Shown: positions 27,250 through 39,388, numbered from the whole stretch's first letter. The stretch is 63,969 bases of DNA, filler included, from Thelocarpon superellum (GCA_026025795.1; 14 parts of 14 records of this genome joined end to end with filler, not necessarily neighbours in it), one strand, 5' to 3'. The notes: a model not told the origin generated them from the sequence alone. Numbers and translations are program-made.

Positions 27250-28542
27250 ATGTCTCTAGATCCGGGCGCTCCACGGCTCAGCACTTCACCCACGAGCTCG
27301 GGTCAAGCTTCACCCATTAGTCGCCATGCTCGAGCTCGAGCAGAGGACGGTGAGTGCACTAGAAGTACCCGATCAAATGGAGGACTGAGAGAAACATCAG
27401 ATGTCTCAAAGAAGGACAAGGCATACCGTCGATATGCCTCGGGGGTGGAGCGTGCGTTGTCGCTCTTCGACACCGCCTTGCAAGAATGGGCCGACTACAT
27501 CTCCTTTCTCGGACGGCTCTTCAAGGTAGCCCTCTTGCTCCGTGGAGAGGAAGTTGAAGTCTCCTGACGGTGCTCAAGGCACTCCAAGCACATCCGCCCA
27601 AGGTTAACTCCATCCCCATGAGTGCCATGGTGGCCAAACGGCTCGCCCAATGTCTAGACCCCTCCCTTCCCTCCGGCGTTCACCAGAAGGCTCTCGACGT
27701 CTATGCCTATGTCTTCGACTTGATTGGAGTACGCAATCATCTGCTCTCCTTGCTAGGATTCGGAGGCTGATTTTATCAGACGGACCATCTGTCAGATTAT
27801 CTCCCCATCTATCTTCCCGGCCTGTCACCCACCCTTTCCTTTGCCTCCCTCTCCGTGCGACCGGCCTTTCTCTCCTTGCTCGAAAACCAAGTGCTCCGCG
27901 TACGCCCGTCCGCGTTGCGGCCGGCCCTTCGAGCCATCATTCTTACCCTACTTCCCGGACTGGAAGAAGAGACGAGCGAAGAGTTCGAGCGCACCCTTCG
28001 CCTGTTGGAGGGTTTCAAGGAGGCCGTCAAGACCCGCGGAGACCCCGACATTCCCTCGGAAAATGGAGCAGGAGATGAGTATTTCTGGCAATGCTTCTTT
28101 CTCGCATCCGTGACGAGCCCCAGCCGCCGACAGGGCGCCTTGGCCTTCCTCGTCCGGAGGCTGCCCAAACTCAGTGGCCCCATCAACCGGAGACGGTCGG
28201 AGCCAACGGAAGATGACGTGCTTGAGCATCAGGACCAGGGACGCTTACCAGCCTCCGTCGAAGCGGTCGTGGCCCCCGAACCAGGCCTGCTCGTGCGCTG
28301 TTTCGCCGCGGGCCTTTCCGACGACCAGCTCTTGATCCAGCGTGGCTTCCTCGACCTGCTGCTCACCCATCTGCCCCTCCATTGCACCGTCCTTCAAACC
28401 CGCGTTACGGCCGATGATCGAGAGCGACTGATGACAGCGGCGGTCGGAGTGGTGGCCCGAAAAGACATGGGTCTCAATCGACGACTGTGGGCCTGGATCC
28501 TTGGCCCCGAGCCTGGACCTACCGACCCCGACCCCGACCCCG
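27250..28542 (+). CDS. dop1: Dopey/Dop1 N-terminal region (3' truncated)
   Basis: KKDKAYRRYASGVERALSLFD..EWADYISFLGRL, KRLAQCLDPSLPSGVHQKALDVY, LIQRGFLDLL, RKDMGLNRRLWAW. Confidence 0.95.
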
Positions 28543-29472
28543 NNNNNNNNNNNNNNNNNNNNNNNNNNNNNNNNNNNNNNNNNNNNTTAATTAATTAANN
28601 NNNNNNNNNNNNNNNNNNNNNNNNNNNNNNNNNNNNNNNNNNAGTGGACGCTCCTGATAGCAAAGAGGCTCGTCTTGTAGACAACACGGAACTGCGTGTG
28701 TCTACGTTGACAGTGAGGGTGATCCTGGCTCGCAGTCCACGTTGAAATCGAAGCGACGCCAGAACCGCTGAATCCATTGTTTCGATGGATCCTGCACGGC
28801 ATGAATCCTTCATAGCGAGAACCCCTCATGGCATTTCACCAAATATGGTCATGAATGAGAGCTTACTCTGACTTGAGACGGTTTCATGCGGGCAGGGCAG
28901 CCCGTGGTCTCGACAGCAGTGTGCATACTTGCCACCGGCGTGGCGATTCCCTCCATCCTGCCGTTTCAACGCGCGCTGTCGCTCATTGAAGCAGCCGGCT
29001 CGATCATAGCCTTCCTTGTCGCCCAGGTGGTCCTGTCCACGCTCGAGACGCGGTTGCGAAAGATGTTGCACGATCTTTACATAGAGTGCATAGTATAAAT
29101 CGGCATGTCGGCTCTCTAGCTGTCATTGCCCTTGGTCCTTTTGTGAGGGATGTGAGGACCCGTAGGGTCACGTGGACGCCACGTGACCCTGCAGCATCCA
29201 CATATAGCAGCCGTAGCTTAGCCTAGCTAGGAGGAAAATAATCAATCAATCTGCTTCTAGAGACAAGAGGCCAAGAGCCTGACACCTTTCCAGTCGCGTT
29301 GCTGCCGTGCTCCCTAGGACCGGTAGTCCTCCACGCAGCCGAGCTCAAGGGTACTCGTACTGAAACAGTCCAGGCATGAGGGTAGGACCAGGTGGTCTAC
29401 TCGATGAAAGCTACAGAGCCACTTCATACTGTTCGCGGCTCAGTGGAACGTATCAATCAATATTGCAGTTAA

Positions 29473-29530
29473 CATATTACTAATATGGACCCCGGCAGAG
29501 TCTTGATAGTATCAAGACTCTGCCTGGGTC
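29473..29530. repeat. Two abutting palindromes (15 bp and 43 bp)
   Basis: CATATTA-C-TAATATG followed by GACCCcGGCAGAGTCTTGATA-G-TATCAAGACTCTGCCtGGGTC. Confidence 0.9.
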
Positions 29531-29959
29531 TGCTCGTACCAATCATGACCAGCTTCTGATTATGTCATCAATCGACACGTAGCTGATTAGCCAGGATCAG
29601 GGGCAAAGGGCACGTGACCCGGTCGCGAGTGGTGCGTGGGGTGCAATACCCATGGAAGAAAGGTCGTGTGATCGGCAGCCTTTGCCTGGGTGGGGATGGA
29701 AGGATACATTTTGGGCACCGTGAGGTCGACGCGCCGGCCTTTGAGCCAAGGGCAGGAGGCGGCGAGGTTACTCAACGGGATTAGACTAAGTCGCGTTGCT
29801 AGTCTAAGGTGTTGAGCCATCAGGAAGCACCGGGTCATAGCAGCCGCTTCTAGAGGATCAGGCAGCAAGAAATAGACTACGAATGAAAAATGGGATCGTG
29901 ATCGCACTGAAACGCAATTTCGGTTTCGTTTGCTCTCGTATTCGGACTCCTACAGCTGT

Positions 29960-31309
29960 TCAAGGAGGAATGACGCAAATAGGCTGTTCGAAACCCCTGG
30001 TCCAACGCAGACTTCCCATGACGACCACCAGAGAGGCCAAGGCAAGGGACACGCTGACGCCTCCGTAGACGTAGGCATGGCGCGGCCGCAGTCCGTTCAG
30101 TTCCAATACCCACGTGCTGACTGTGGTCAAGCAACCTGAGAAGCCGCCCTGCACGCCTTCGAGCACCTGGCATGTCGTGATGCTCCCGCCGGGGATGTGG
30201 AATGGTGAGAGCGGCACCCGCTGTAGATCCCACGCCATACCGAGAATCAAGGTTCCGGACATATTGGCGGTGAAGGTTCCGAGGGGAAAGGCAGCGAGAC
30301 GGCTGTTGAGGGCGCGACTGAGATAGAAGCGCAAGAGGCAGCCGAGAGGGGCGAAGACGAGGGAGAAGAGGACTTGGCCGCGCCAGGCGTTGGAGGGCGA
30401 GAAGATCGCTAGGAAGATTGCGCCGAGCCACATGCTGATGGCCAGGAAGATGGCGAGGGGGTTGACGAGGGCAAGGGAGGGGAGGCGCGGGGTGTGCTTG
30501 TCGAGGGACAGAGCGAGATGTGCGCCCATTTTGAGCCCGGAGATGCTGACGCTGATCGTCGTGATGATCACCGCGAGCACGGCCATGACGCTGTACCCGG
30601 CCGCACGAGAGGACTCGGCGTTGGTGGGGGTCGGGAGATCGTTGGACAAGGCGAGAAAGGCATCATTCAGAAAGCGCGAAAAGGACGTAAAGGAGCCGCA
30701 GAAGCCGGTAGCCAGTCCGATGAAGAGCGGGATCGTCTTCTTCATGGCCGTGTGCGCCTTTTTGGCAGCGGCGTCGGCATCGGCGGCTTTTGGATGGCGT
30801 GTCTCATCGGGCGCTTCAAACAGTCGACGGTCCTCGCTCAAGAAGCCCATGACCACGCATCCGCCAAAGTTGGCCCACAAGGTGCCATACCACGCTGGCG
30901 TTCCGGGATAGAAGGTCAGTGCTTCAAGGCCGAGTCGTGCCAGGGTTCCCAGAATGGCAAAGACGACGAGATATGAGATCGTGTACAACTCTGTCGAGAA
31001 ATTCTGGACTTTGTGGGGGAGGTAAGATGACGTCCTCGGAAAGGTGGCATCGAACCGTCTCGAACGCGTTTCCTCCTCACGTCCTTTCTGTTCTTCTCGG
31101 CGCACGGTCTCGAGGGAGGGCTGCCTTTGAAAATCATGACGGCGGTCATCTTCCGCGATCGGAGTCGGTCCAACCAGCTCGTCCAGGTTGGCGTAGTCGC
31201 TTGGAATGCCAGTCGACGCCTCTCCGTTGGGGATGGGGTCGTCTCCGGTCATTGTTTGGGACGCGCCTGGTTGACTCGTGTTGGCGCCCGTCGATGCGTA
31301 TGAAGCCAT
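29960..31309 (-). CDS. fex1: Fluoride export protein FEX (two fused CrcB/Fluc domains), intronless
   Basis: GTLARLGL, WANFGGC, GLATGFCGSFTSFS, GCLLRFYLS, FPLGTFTAN, GFSGCLTTVSTW. Confidence 0.93.
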   Translation of the reverse strand: MASYASTGANTSQPGASQTMTGDDPIPNGEASTGIPSDYANLDELVGPTPIAEDDRRHDFQRQPSLETVRREEQKGREEETRSRRFDATFPRTSSYLPHKVQNFSTELYTISYLVVFAILGTLARLGLEALTFYPGTPAWYGTLWANFGGCVVMGFLSEDRRLFEAPDETRHPKAADADAAAKKAHTAMKKTIPLFIGLATGFCGSFTSFSRFLNDAFLALSNDLPTPTNAESSRAAGYSVMAVLAVIITTISVSISGLKMGAHLALSLDKHTPRLPSLALVNPLAIFLAISMWLGAIFLAIFSPSNAWRGQVLFSLVFAPLGCLLRFYLSRALNSRLAAFPLGTFTANMSGTLILGMAWDLQRVPLSPFHIPGGSITTCQVLEGVQGGFSGCLTTVSTWVLELNGLRPRHAYVYGGVSVSLALASLVVVMGSLRWTRGFEQPICVIPP

Positions 31310-31701
31310 GTGCCATGGCCATTAGGGAATAACATCCATGTCTTTGGCTTCCGGGCGTCATCATCGATATCGAACAAGTCTCGAGTGAGCCCTACTGCAC
31401 GAGCTAAGGCAGAGTCGTCCTCTTGAACTTGGCCCGGTAGCGTCCACCTCATCCGCCTCGTCCACCCTGCTATCGCGTCATCGCGTGGGATCGCGTGGAT
31501 GATGACTAAGCCATGATGTACTCGCGGCTCGGAGCAAACATGCCGCTTTGCTCACGGCAACCTCGCCCTTACAGGTCGTCAGATGCACTTCGCGAGAGCT
31601 CAGTGGTCCAACTGAAAGGGCAATCAAGGCCTAGGTGGTCCGCAACACCGGTGTATCTGCTTTACCGCAATACTTTGAACTTATCATATACGGCGTGCGC
31701 A

Positions 31702-32747
31702 TCATCTACTACCTGCTCCCTCCTCCTCCTCTCGTGACGGCGTCCTAAACACCGACCTTGACGAAGGCATGCGATGGATCGTGAGTTGGCCTTCCGCCAC
31801 GTTATTCCTCGTCCCCATCTCCATCTCGTCCTCCACCTCCTCGCCAGGCCTGCTCCGTCGTGCACGGATGCGCTCTCGCACCCAGGGTGTGTAATTGAAG
31901 TAGCCGCCGCAGATGAAGACACCAATCCAAAGGACCAGTTCTGTGCCGTAGATGACCATGCCCAGGATGTTCAAAGGCTGAAACACTGCCATTGGCATGA
32001 TCAGCATGGTCCGTGACGTATGTGAGCAGGAGGTTGACTCACAAACCGATACCAAGCTGAACACATCTCCAGCCGCGTCAATGCTGACAAAGATGAAGCT
32101 GATGCCCCGCACCGTACGATGGGTGTAGATGTCCCAGTAGTGGCGCAGCACGCCGGCCGCGAGGAGCCCCGCACTTAGGATGGCCGTCATGGTAATGGGC
32201 CAGCTGAGGGATCGCTCCTTTGCCACGCGGAGAGACAGGATCAGAGCGGTCTGGACGCCGGCGAAGAGGAGGACGATGGGTGTGACCATGGCGATGCACG
32301 CGAGAACGGACCATTTCTACAATGCTGTGAGCAGAGATCTACTTTGTTGGGTGGATGCAGCAGAGGTCCTACCTTTCCGTAGTGGCAGCATTGCGTCCAT
32401 GTGATCAGGCTCAGGCACGTCAGGATCTGCGGCTGGATGCGGAGGGCGATGTTGAAATCCTCCACGGTGTTATACGCTCCTAGTGGTACACCGGCCGAGG
32501 CCCACAACAGCATCATGACCGGTTGTAGGCCATGGGTGTGATGACGCCTGTAGTTGATGATGATTTGAGGAATCAACTTGACGACGTCAGGGACGCAATC
32601 GTTTAGTTGGACAGGGATGGACATACCTGGACTGACCAGCATATCTACTTGCACTTAGTGATGGAGCGATAGTGTGATTCGAGGGAGAACAGGGAGGCCT
32701 ACGGCGCCGATGACGCCGAGAACGTTTGCGGCGACCGGAATATCCAT
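31702..32747 (-). CDS. PQ-loop repeat membrane transporter, multi-exon with 18-nt micro-exon (32627-32644)
   Basis: MDIPVAANVLGVIGA/ICWSVQ/LIPQIIINYRRH, NIALRIQPQI, RTVRGISFIFVSIDAAGDVFSL. Confidence 0.9.
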
Positions 32748-33362
32748 GATATTTAATTGATTTTTTTTTCAATCTTTATCATAAGTAGATGATCCGCAGT
32801 GGACCTAGCTGGTCTCCCGGAGCCGAACTCGCCGGAGCCATCAGCAATCAATCTAGTCGATCACGGGGCAGGTTCGATGATTCTGGAGGTTCCCAGTGTC
32901 CTGATGTCCTGATGTCCTGATGGCACGACGATTGATCTTGGTATTCGTACGGTAGCCCTCTCGACTTACCTCCGCCACTTTCACCCCCCCCCCCCCCCCC
33001 CCACTCCACCACTCCCCCGTTGCTCGGTACTCGCTCTGTACTCGTACTCGTACCTGAACCGGACATGCGAGGGTGGGGGTGCGGGTGCAACACCAAATAT
33101 CAGGGAACACAAGACGGCAATCGCAGGGCGTGACGAGTCCGCGTCGCCAGCACATCAGCCGTAGCTTCCGACGTACGAATAGCAGTCGTCAAGCATGGAA
33201 ACCAAGGCGATGGAAGCAAACACGTCCCAGAAGGGGCGGACGCGTTGATAACGGCCCCACCANNNNNNNNNNNNNNNNNNNNNNNNNNNNNNNNNNNNNN
33301 NNNNNNTTAATTAATTAANNNNNNNNNNNNNNNNNNNNNNNNNNNNNNNNNNNNNNNNNNNN

Positions 33363-35288
33363 TGCCAATGCCAATGCCAATGCCACAGGCGGCCCTGGCG
33401 ACCGCCGCCTTGACCTGGCGTCTCCTCTCCTCCACACGGTCCTCCAAGCCTATTGCACCCTGATGCCCCACCATCCAACCCTCTTTCGTCCCTGTGCCGT
33501 GCAGTTGTCCTCGCATCTTCTGCCGTTGCTCGCGCCTACGCCAGCATCTTCGACGGCCTGGCATGATGTGCCTGCTCTCAAGTCATTCGTCTCCGTTGCC
33601 CTTGCCCAGTCCGCGCGGCGCCTGTACGTGCAGCTCTCTCAATGCGCACCCAAAAATACGTCGAGCGAAGAATGGTCCAAAGTAGGGGCAGCCATCGTCG
33701 CCTCCATCCATTTGACGGCCGATCAAGTCTTTCGGGCCGTTGTGGAAGACTGGGAGTCGGCCGCACGGTCAAGCCAACCGGTCGATCCCGCGTCCTTTGG
33801 AGAAGTTGTGCATGGCCCAGACACCGCACTGAAACTACCAGGATGGACCGGCATGCAGGCAGGGACGGAGCGAATGACTGGATTGCTTCGCCTGCTGCAG
33901 ATCTTTCTGGCCACGCATACCCCCGCTACGGTTGACCTACCGATCGGGGCGATCATGGACCTGATCACTCGCATGCTCTCTCTGACGGTCCCCTCCAGCC
34001 ACAACACTGCAACGTGGGAGGCAACCGTGCGGACCAATCCCCAGATCGGGCGTGACGAGAGGGAGAGCTTGTGGGTCGGGCTTCCTCAGATTCACACCGC
34101 CACCTTGCAGGTCATCGCTACCTTGGTAGACCGCCTGCGGTGTGCTTTCGTACCACTGGCACACGCCGTCATTGACCAGATCATCTGGATCTTTCGGGCC
34201 GAAGAGTGGAGTTTGTACGTGGACGATCCACTCCCCTCCCCTTTCAATCGGCCACCTCTGACTTTGACAGGGATGTCCGACAGGAAGTCTACATCGTTCT
34301 CAGCAGACTACTTGCCCTCATGGGTCCATCCTTGACCAAGTCAAATGTCACTTCATTGGGGAGCATCATCCGACGATGCTGCGACGACCTACTCCCGTCC
34401 GCAACGACTCCAATGTCGATGGTAGCCAGTAGCGTAGATCCAACCAGGACCAAACAGCACAACAAACCCTCCACAACCACCAATGCCGACGCCTTCCTTG
34501 GCCACTCAAAGCTGTCCAACACCGATCACCCTCTCACGGGGATCAGCGCCTCCTCGGCCCTCACAAACGCGGCAAAGACACTCCTATCCATCCTCCTGGC
34601 CAAGATACCCCCACAGCACATCAAATTCCAACTCCGCGCCCAGATGGACCGCACCGCCATCTTGACGGCAGACAAGCAGGCAATGCTCGCCAGCGTTCTA
34701 CAACCGCCGGTGAAAGAGGGCGACGGCAAGGTGCTGAGTAGTATTCTGCCCCATCTCGCTCGATCTCACGGTGGCGAGTTGGAAGTGGAGGGGCTGCTGA
34801 GGCCTCGTATGCCTGTGTTGCGACTGAACACCGTCCTAAGCAGTGATGCCGCGGACCAGGAGGACGAAGAAGATGAGGAGGGAGGCGAAGAAGGGGATGG
34901 GGACGGGGACGGAGCAGAGCAGCTAATCATGACCCAGCGTGACGAAGACACAACGATGCCTGAAGCCAGTGCAGGTCTTACTGGCGACGATGGCCCGTCA
35001 GTGGCTGTCGCACGGGCTACTACACCACCAATTGAGCAGTATCAGGCATCCATGAAGCGAACACGGAGTTCACCACCTCCATCATCACTATCGCCAGCAC
35101 CTACAACACACGCGCCTATTCCTATCTCCTCTGCATCTGCTTCGATACCACCTGCTCTACCTAGTCCCAAACGACAGCGAGTCGATCCACCTCATGACGT
35201 TCACGACGACGATGACGATGACGATGACGAGCCGTTTCAGATTCCGGAATTGATCATCGATGATCCTAGTGATGAGGAGGTGCAATGA
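33363..35288 (+). CDS. rix1: Pre-rRNA processing protein Rix1/PELP1 (5' truncated)
   Basis: HHPTLFRP, DQVFRAVVEDWES, NPQIGRDERESLWVGLP, LRAQMDRTAILT, EGLLRPRMP, acidic C-terminus. Confidence 0.88.
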
Positions 35289-35622
35289 TTCATTCTTTAG
35301 ATCGAAAAGGCAGACAGTCAAGTTGGTGACACCCGGGCAGCTGACAGTGCGCTCGGTGCTCCTCGCCCCCTGATGGCAATCATGGGAGTCTTCGGCGACG
35401 TCGGCGCCCTCCTACGAATTTACAGACCTGGGAGATGGTGCCGGTGTGCCCCTTGATTCAAGTAATCGAGAAAGCGAGCAAGTAGTAGCTCAGTCAAGTA
35501 GTAGCTCCTGGCTCCTGGCTCCTGGCTCCTGGCTCCCTGCTCAAAGAAGCATCACCTATCCATGGTCGTGCACTCAGTCATTCCTCATGATGGTCATTGT
35601 CGTCGTTGTCGTCGTCGTCGTC

Positions 35623-37533
35623 TCATCTCCGTTGTCCACTCCGTCGACACTCGACCACCGCTCCGTCACCGGTCTGTCGCTGCTCAGCCTTCAAGGCCTG
35701 CAGCTCGCGCTCCAGCTCGCGGATGCGATCATACGACAGGGCCATGAGGGCGATTTGGCCGCGAAGGTTCGCAATAGTGCGTTCCTGAGCCTCGTAGCCC
35801 TCAGAGCACCAGAAGTAGTCGTCCTCGGCCTTGGCGCGGCGATCCTCCTCAGCCTCCTGCCCGGCCTTGGCCTGCTCCACTTCGTCCAGGGTCGAGCGGA
35901 TCTTCTCTGTCAGCCGAACGATGAAGGCTTGTAGGTGCGCCGGGTCTGACGAGCGGTCCACGAGGAGCTGCATCTGCGTGGTCTGGTGCTCGCGCACCTC
36001 GTGGTCCAGCTCGGCGATGCGCTGTTCGGCGGTTTCGAGGGCGGACCGGAGCCCGTCCATCTCCTCGACGTCGTTGTCGTGCCCGCATTCGAGGCGAAAG
36101 ATCTCAACGTCCAGCGCCTGCTTGTCGATGTCGAACTGCTGTGCCGCGGCCTCGTGCTCCACGTCGCGGTCTTCGAGCACCGCGCGCCAAATGGCCTGGT
36201 CCGCCTTCTCCTGCTCCGCCGCGGCGACCTTGGCTTCCGCCCGCTCGAGCCGGGACAGGAGACCCTGGTGGTCGGTGCTCATGGCGTCGATATGCTGCGC
36301 CATGGCGAGGAGGAGGTCGTCGCCACTGTGACCGTTGGCTACCGACTGCAGGAGTCCGCTGTGACGTTTCTCGAGCGCCGCATTCTCCTGGGCCCGGTCC
36401 TGGGCCGAGGCGGTCTGGTCCATGAGCCGAAGGGCGAGCATGGCCTTGTCGCTGGCCAATGCGTCCCGCTCCTTGACGGCGTCGCCCACCTGGGCATCGA
36501 GGCCCCGCGCCGTCTCCTCCAGCCGCTCGACGGCGGCCTTGAAGTACCCGCGCTCCGTGATGACCCGGCGGAGCTCCTCCTCGAGGTCAGCATTGCGCTG
36601 CTCGAGGGAATTGGCCTGCTCACGAGCCACTTGCTCGAACTCTTCGGAGACGTTCCGCGCGTCGTCCGCCGCTCGGCGACCCTCCTCAGCCTGGGTCCAT
36701 CCGGCCTCCACGCGCGAAATTTGTTGGAGGACGTCCGCCAACGACTCCCGCATCTCTCGGTGGAAGCGCTCGTGGGTCTCCTTGACCTCGGTGGTCAAGT
36801 TGGCGAGCTGGGCCGTGGCGTTGACGTCTCTCCACGCCCACGCCGCATTGTCACGACGGACACGCTCCACCTCCTGGCGCAGTTGGGCGTTCTCCTCGTC
36901 CTTGCTCGACGTGGCGTCCTTGGCGCTCTCCAGCTCGGGAAGAAGTCGGGCGTGCTCAGCCTGCAGCTCTTTGGCAGCCACGGCATCCTTCTTGACCCGT
37001 TTCTGCAGATACTTCGTCCTGGCGGCCGCGGCATCCAGCTTCTTTTGCATTCTCTGCACGACGGTGTCGTGCCGCTCCTGAAGCGCTGTCACGGCGGCTT
37101 CGTGGTCCTCCGCCGCACGTTCCATCAGGAAGTCATGGATCGGGGTGGGTATCAGAGGTGGGATATTCTGGGATCCCTCGTTGGCGCTGGCGTGACCCTC
37201 GTGCAACGTGGACGAGCCCCCGTGGGCGTCGTCGCTGTTGATGGCTGCTCCCGCGGTGCTCTCGTCCCAGATGACGAGGTCTACCTCGTCGCTATCTTGG
37301 CCTGAGGCGGGCGGACAGTTGACGAAATCGTCCTGCTGATGAGGGTCGGCCCCCTCATCTAGGATCGCGCGGTCGTCCTCAACGATTGCCCCAGCTTTCC
37401 GACGTCGGGGGAAGAAGGAGGTAAGCTTGGCGACATTGTGGAGACCCTCGAATCTGTTAGCGTGGGAAGTGACGTCAAGCTGGGGTCGACATACATGGCG
37501 GCCTTTGCAGAGCAGGGAGCTCCGCAGGCCCAT
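35623..37533 (-). CDS. Long coiled-coil hypothetical protein (~636 aa; 5' structure uncertain)
   Basis: Uninterrupted 1.9 kb ORF, E/A/R/L-rich heptad composition; possible GTATGT..GCTAACAG intron near the start. Confidence 0.75.
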   Translation of the reverse strand: MGLRSSLLCKGRHVCRPQLDVTSHANRFEGLHNVAKLTSFFPRRRKAGAIVEDDRAILDEGADPHQQDDFVNCPPASGQDSDEVDLVIWDESTAGAAINSDDAHGGSSTLHEGHASANEGSQNIPPLIPTPIHDFLMERAAEDHEAAVTALQERHDTVVQRMQKKLDAAAARTKYLQKRVKKDAVAAKELQAEHARLLPELESAKDATSSKDEENAQLRQEVERVRRDNAAWAWRDVNATAQLANLTTEVKETHERFHREMRESLADVLQQISRVEAGWTQAEEGRRAADDARNVSEEFEQVAREQANSLEQRNADLEEELRRVITERGYFKAAVERLEETARGLDAQVGDAVKERDALASDKAMLALRLMDQTASAQDRAQENAALEKRHSGLLQSVANGHSGDDLLLAMAQHIDAMSTDHQGLLSRLERAEAKVAAAEQEKADQAIWRAVLEDRDVEHEAAAQQFDIDKQALDVEIFRLECGHDNDVEEMDGLRSALETAEQRIAELDHEVREHQTTQMQLLVDRSSDPAHLQAFIVRLTEKIRSTLDEVEQAKAGQEAEEDRRAKAEDDYFWCSEGYEAQERTIANLRGQIALMALSYDRIRELERELQALKAEQRQTGDGAVVECRRSGQRR

Positions 37534-38096
37534 CTTGTTGGGTGATGGCGGAAAGGCGGAGAGGAAGCTCGAAACAGGATGATCGTTGGAGCAGAGAAAC
37601 TACGGGAGGAAGAGGGAGGGACCCAGCAGTAGATCGCTGGGTGAGGAGGTTCTTGTGGAGGGGTCTGGAAGCAGTGGTCCAACGAAGTCACGAAGTCTGA
37701 AGGTCTGGAGGTCTGGAAGTACGAGGATCAAGAAGAGAAGGAGGAAGAGCGGGATCGAGAGGTCTTGAAGATATACCTCGGCGGTCGAGGGTGGTGTCAA
37801 GTTGAAGTTATTCGTGTGGAATACCTTGACTGGACGGGCGAAGGAGAAGAGTCCGCTGTTCAAGACACCGACAGAGAATAACAGCTCCATCGTTGCGAGC
37901 AGTGAATAAAGGTCAAGTGTTCTCAAAAGAACACCACCCGTGAGGGCGAACCACGCNNNNNNNNNNNNNNNNNNNNNNNNNNNNNNNNNNNNNNNNNNNN
38001 TTAATTAATTAANNNNNNNNNNNNNNNNNNNNNNNNNNNNNNNNNNNNNNNNNNNNCAACTCCGTTGCCTCGCAGTGATCACGACCATCGTCAAGA

Positions 38097-39083
38097 TCAG
38101 TGGCGGTGATGGTGAAAAGGCCCTCGCTCGCACGACTTCTCCGCCGGTTTCCCAAACGCGCCACCCCAGAATGACTCTTTCTGCTTGCCATGGGCTTGCG
38201 TGTACTCCTGCTTAGCTCGCATCCACGGGCAGCTGGGGTCCAGCATCAGACGCAGGTTGGGCGACACGCGAAAGCCGAGGCCATGTCCATGCTCTTCGGG
38301 TGTCGGCGAGACCGTCCAGGTGTAATCAACCAACCCCTGGCTGGACCACGCCATCACCTGTGATTCGGACGTCCCGAGTCGAGCAGCAACCTTGGCGATG
38401 TGACGCGGGCTCGCTTCCTGGAGGGAAATGGTCCGGATCGTCTCGACGTTGAATCGCGTTCGATCGTCGCGCGGACTCGATTGCCGCGCGTGCTGCGACC
38501 GATGGCCTAGACGTGCAGACGCGTGGCTACCAGATCCTGCTTGCATCAGGGGCCCACGGGGACTTGGCGGCGCAAAGCGGCCCGAGGCGTGCAGGGAGGT
38601 GGCGCCTGGTAGGGCATTGTCTCGACATCCCTCCTGACGGCTAGCACGTCGGCTCAGACGTCCAGGCGTGTGGCTACCAGAGTCAGCGTGCCAAGGAGGA
38701 CCAAAGGTATCCACGGGACCAGCGGGACCATGGGGGACCGAGACGTGCTGTGCGGCGCGTTCAGTTATGACATGGTCTCGCGGCCCTTGGGGACGGCTAG
38801 CAAGATAGCTTGCTGAGCACTGGCTCTCTCCGTGCTGGCTGCCCGAATAACAAGATCCTCCACATTCAGAAAGTCGGCGTGATATATGGCCTGGTGCTTG
38901 CGGCTGTAGCTGCGCTTGTGGCATGGGCTGGTCCAGAATGACGCCGAAGCTGTCGCTGGGAAGTCGTTCGCGCATCTGGCCGTGAACCTGGTAGAGCCGC
39001 GACATGATGGTCGATAGTTGAGAGAGGTTGCTCTGCGAAGCCATAGCTGCCGTTGCTATTTGCTGGACTGCTCGAACCTCCAC
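38097..39083 (-). CDS. Hypothetical 328-aa protein with degenerate homeodomain-like HTH segment
   Basis: ATG-initiated ORF; RTRF...IAKVAARLGTSESQVMAW pattern. Confidence 0.55.
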   Translation of the reverse strand: MEVRAVQQIATAAMASQSNLSQLSTIMSRLYQVHGQMRERLPSDSFGVILDQPMPQAQLQPQAPGHISRRLSECGGSCYSGSQHGESQCSASYLASRPQGPRDHVITERAAQHVSVPHGPAGPVDTFGPPWHADSGSHTPGRLSRRASRQEGCRDNALPGATSLHASGRFAPPSPRGPLMQAGSGSHASARLGHRSQHARQSSPRDDRTRFNVETIRTISLQEASPRHIAKVAARLGTSESQVMAWSSQGLVDYTWTVSPTPEEHGHGLGFRVSPNLRLMLDPSCPWMRAKQEYTQAHGKQKESFWGGAFGKPAEKSCERGPFHHHRH

Positions 39084-39388
39084 TTCATATATGATGTCGA
39101 GTCATTTAGCCAGATGAACAATTCGACCGGGCTGGTGCAAGTATGTGCGACTGCTCGTGACTGCTCGTGACTCGAGCGTGAACAACGGTCGATGGTTGCA
39201 TATGCCTGGTCTGTAACCCATGTTCGAAAAGGATGCGAATTACAAGATAGGAGCCACTGCGACTGAACAAAAATGCGGCAGAGCATCAATTCAAGAACAG
39301 GCATGGAAGTCGTAAGCACGATGGTATTCTCATACGTCGCGAGTCGTTGCACATATGGGCACCAGCTTTCGCAGTCTTTCTCATGAGA

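Noticed and set aside
28523..28542. (GACCCC)n at a contig end resembling the candidate template
   Set aside because: It lies in the dopey reading frame (Asp-Pro repeat), has only ~3 units and does not match CCCCAA
35986..37305. 439-aa + strand ORF, and similar long antisense ORFs over SUN, Msc2 and GH5
   Set aside because: Antisense shadows of GC3-rich real genes
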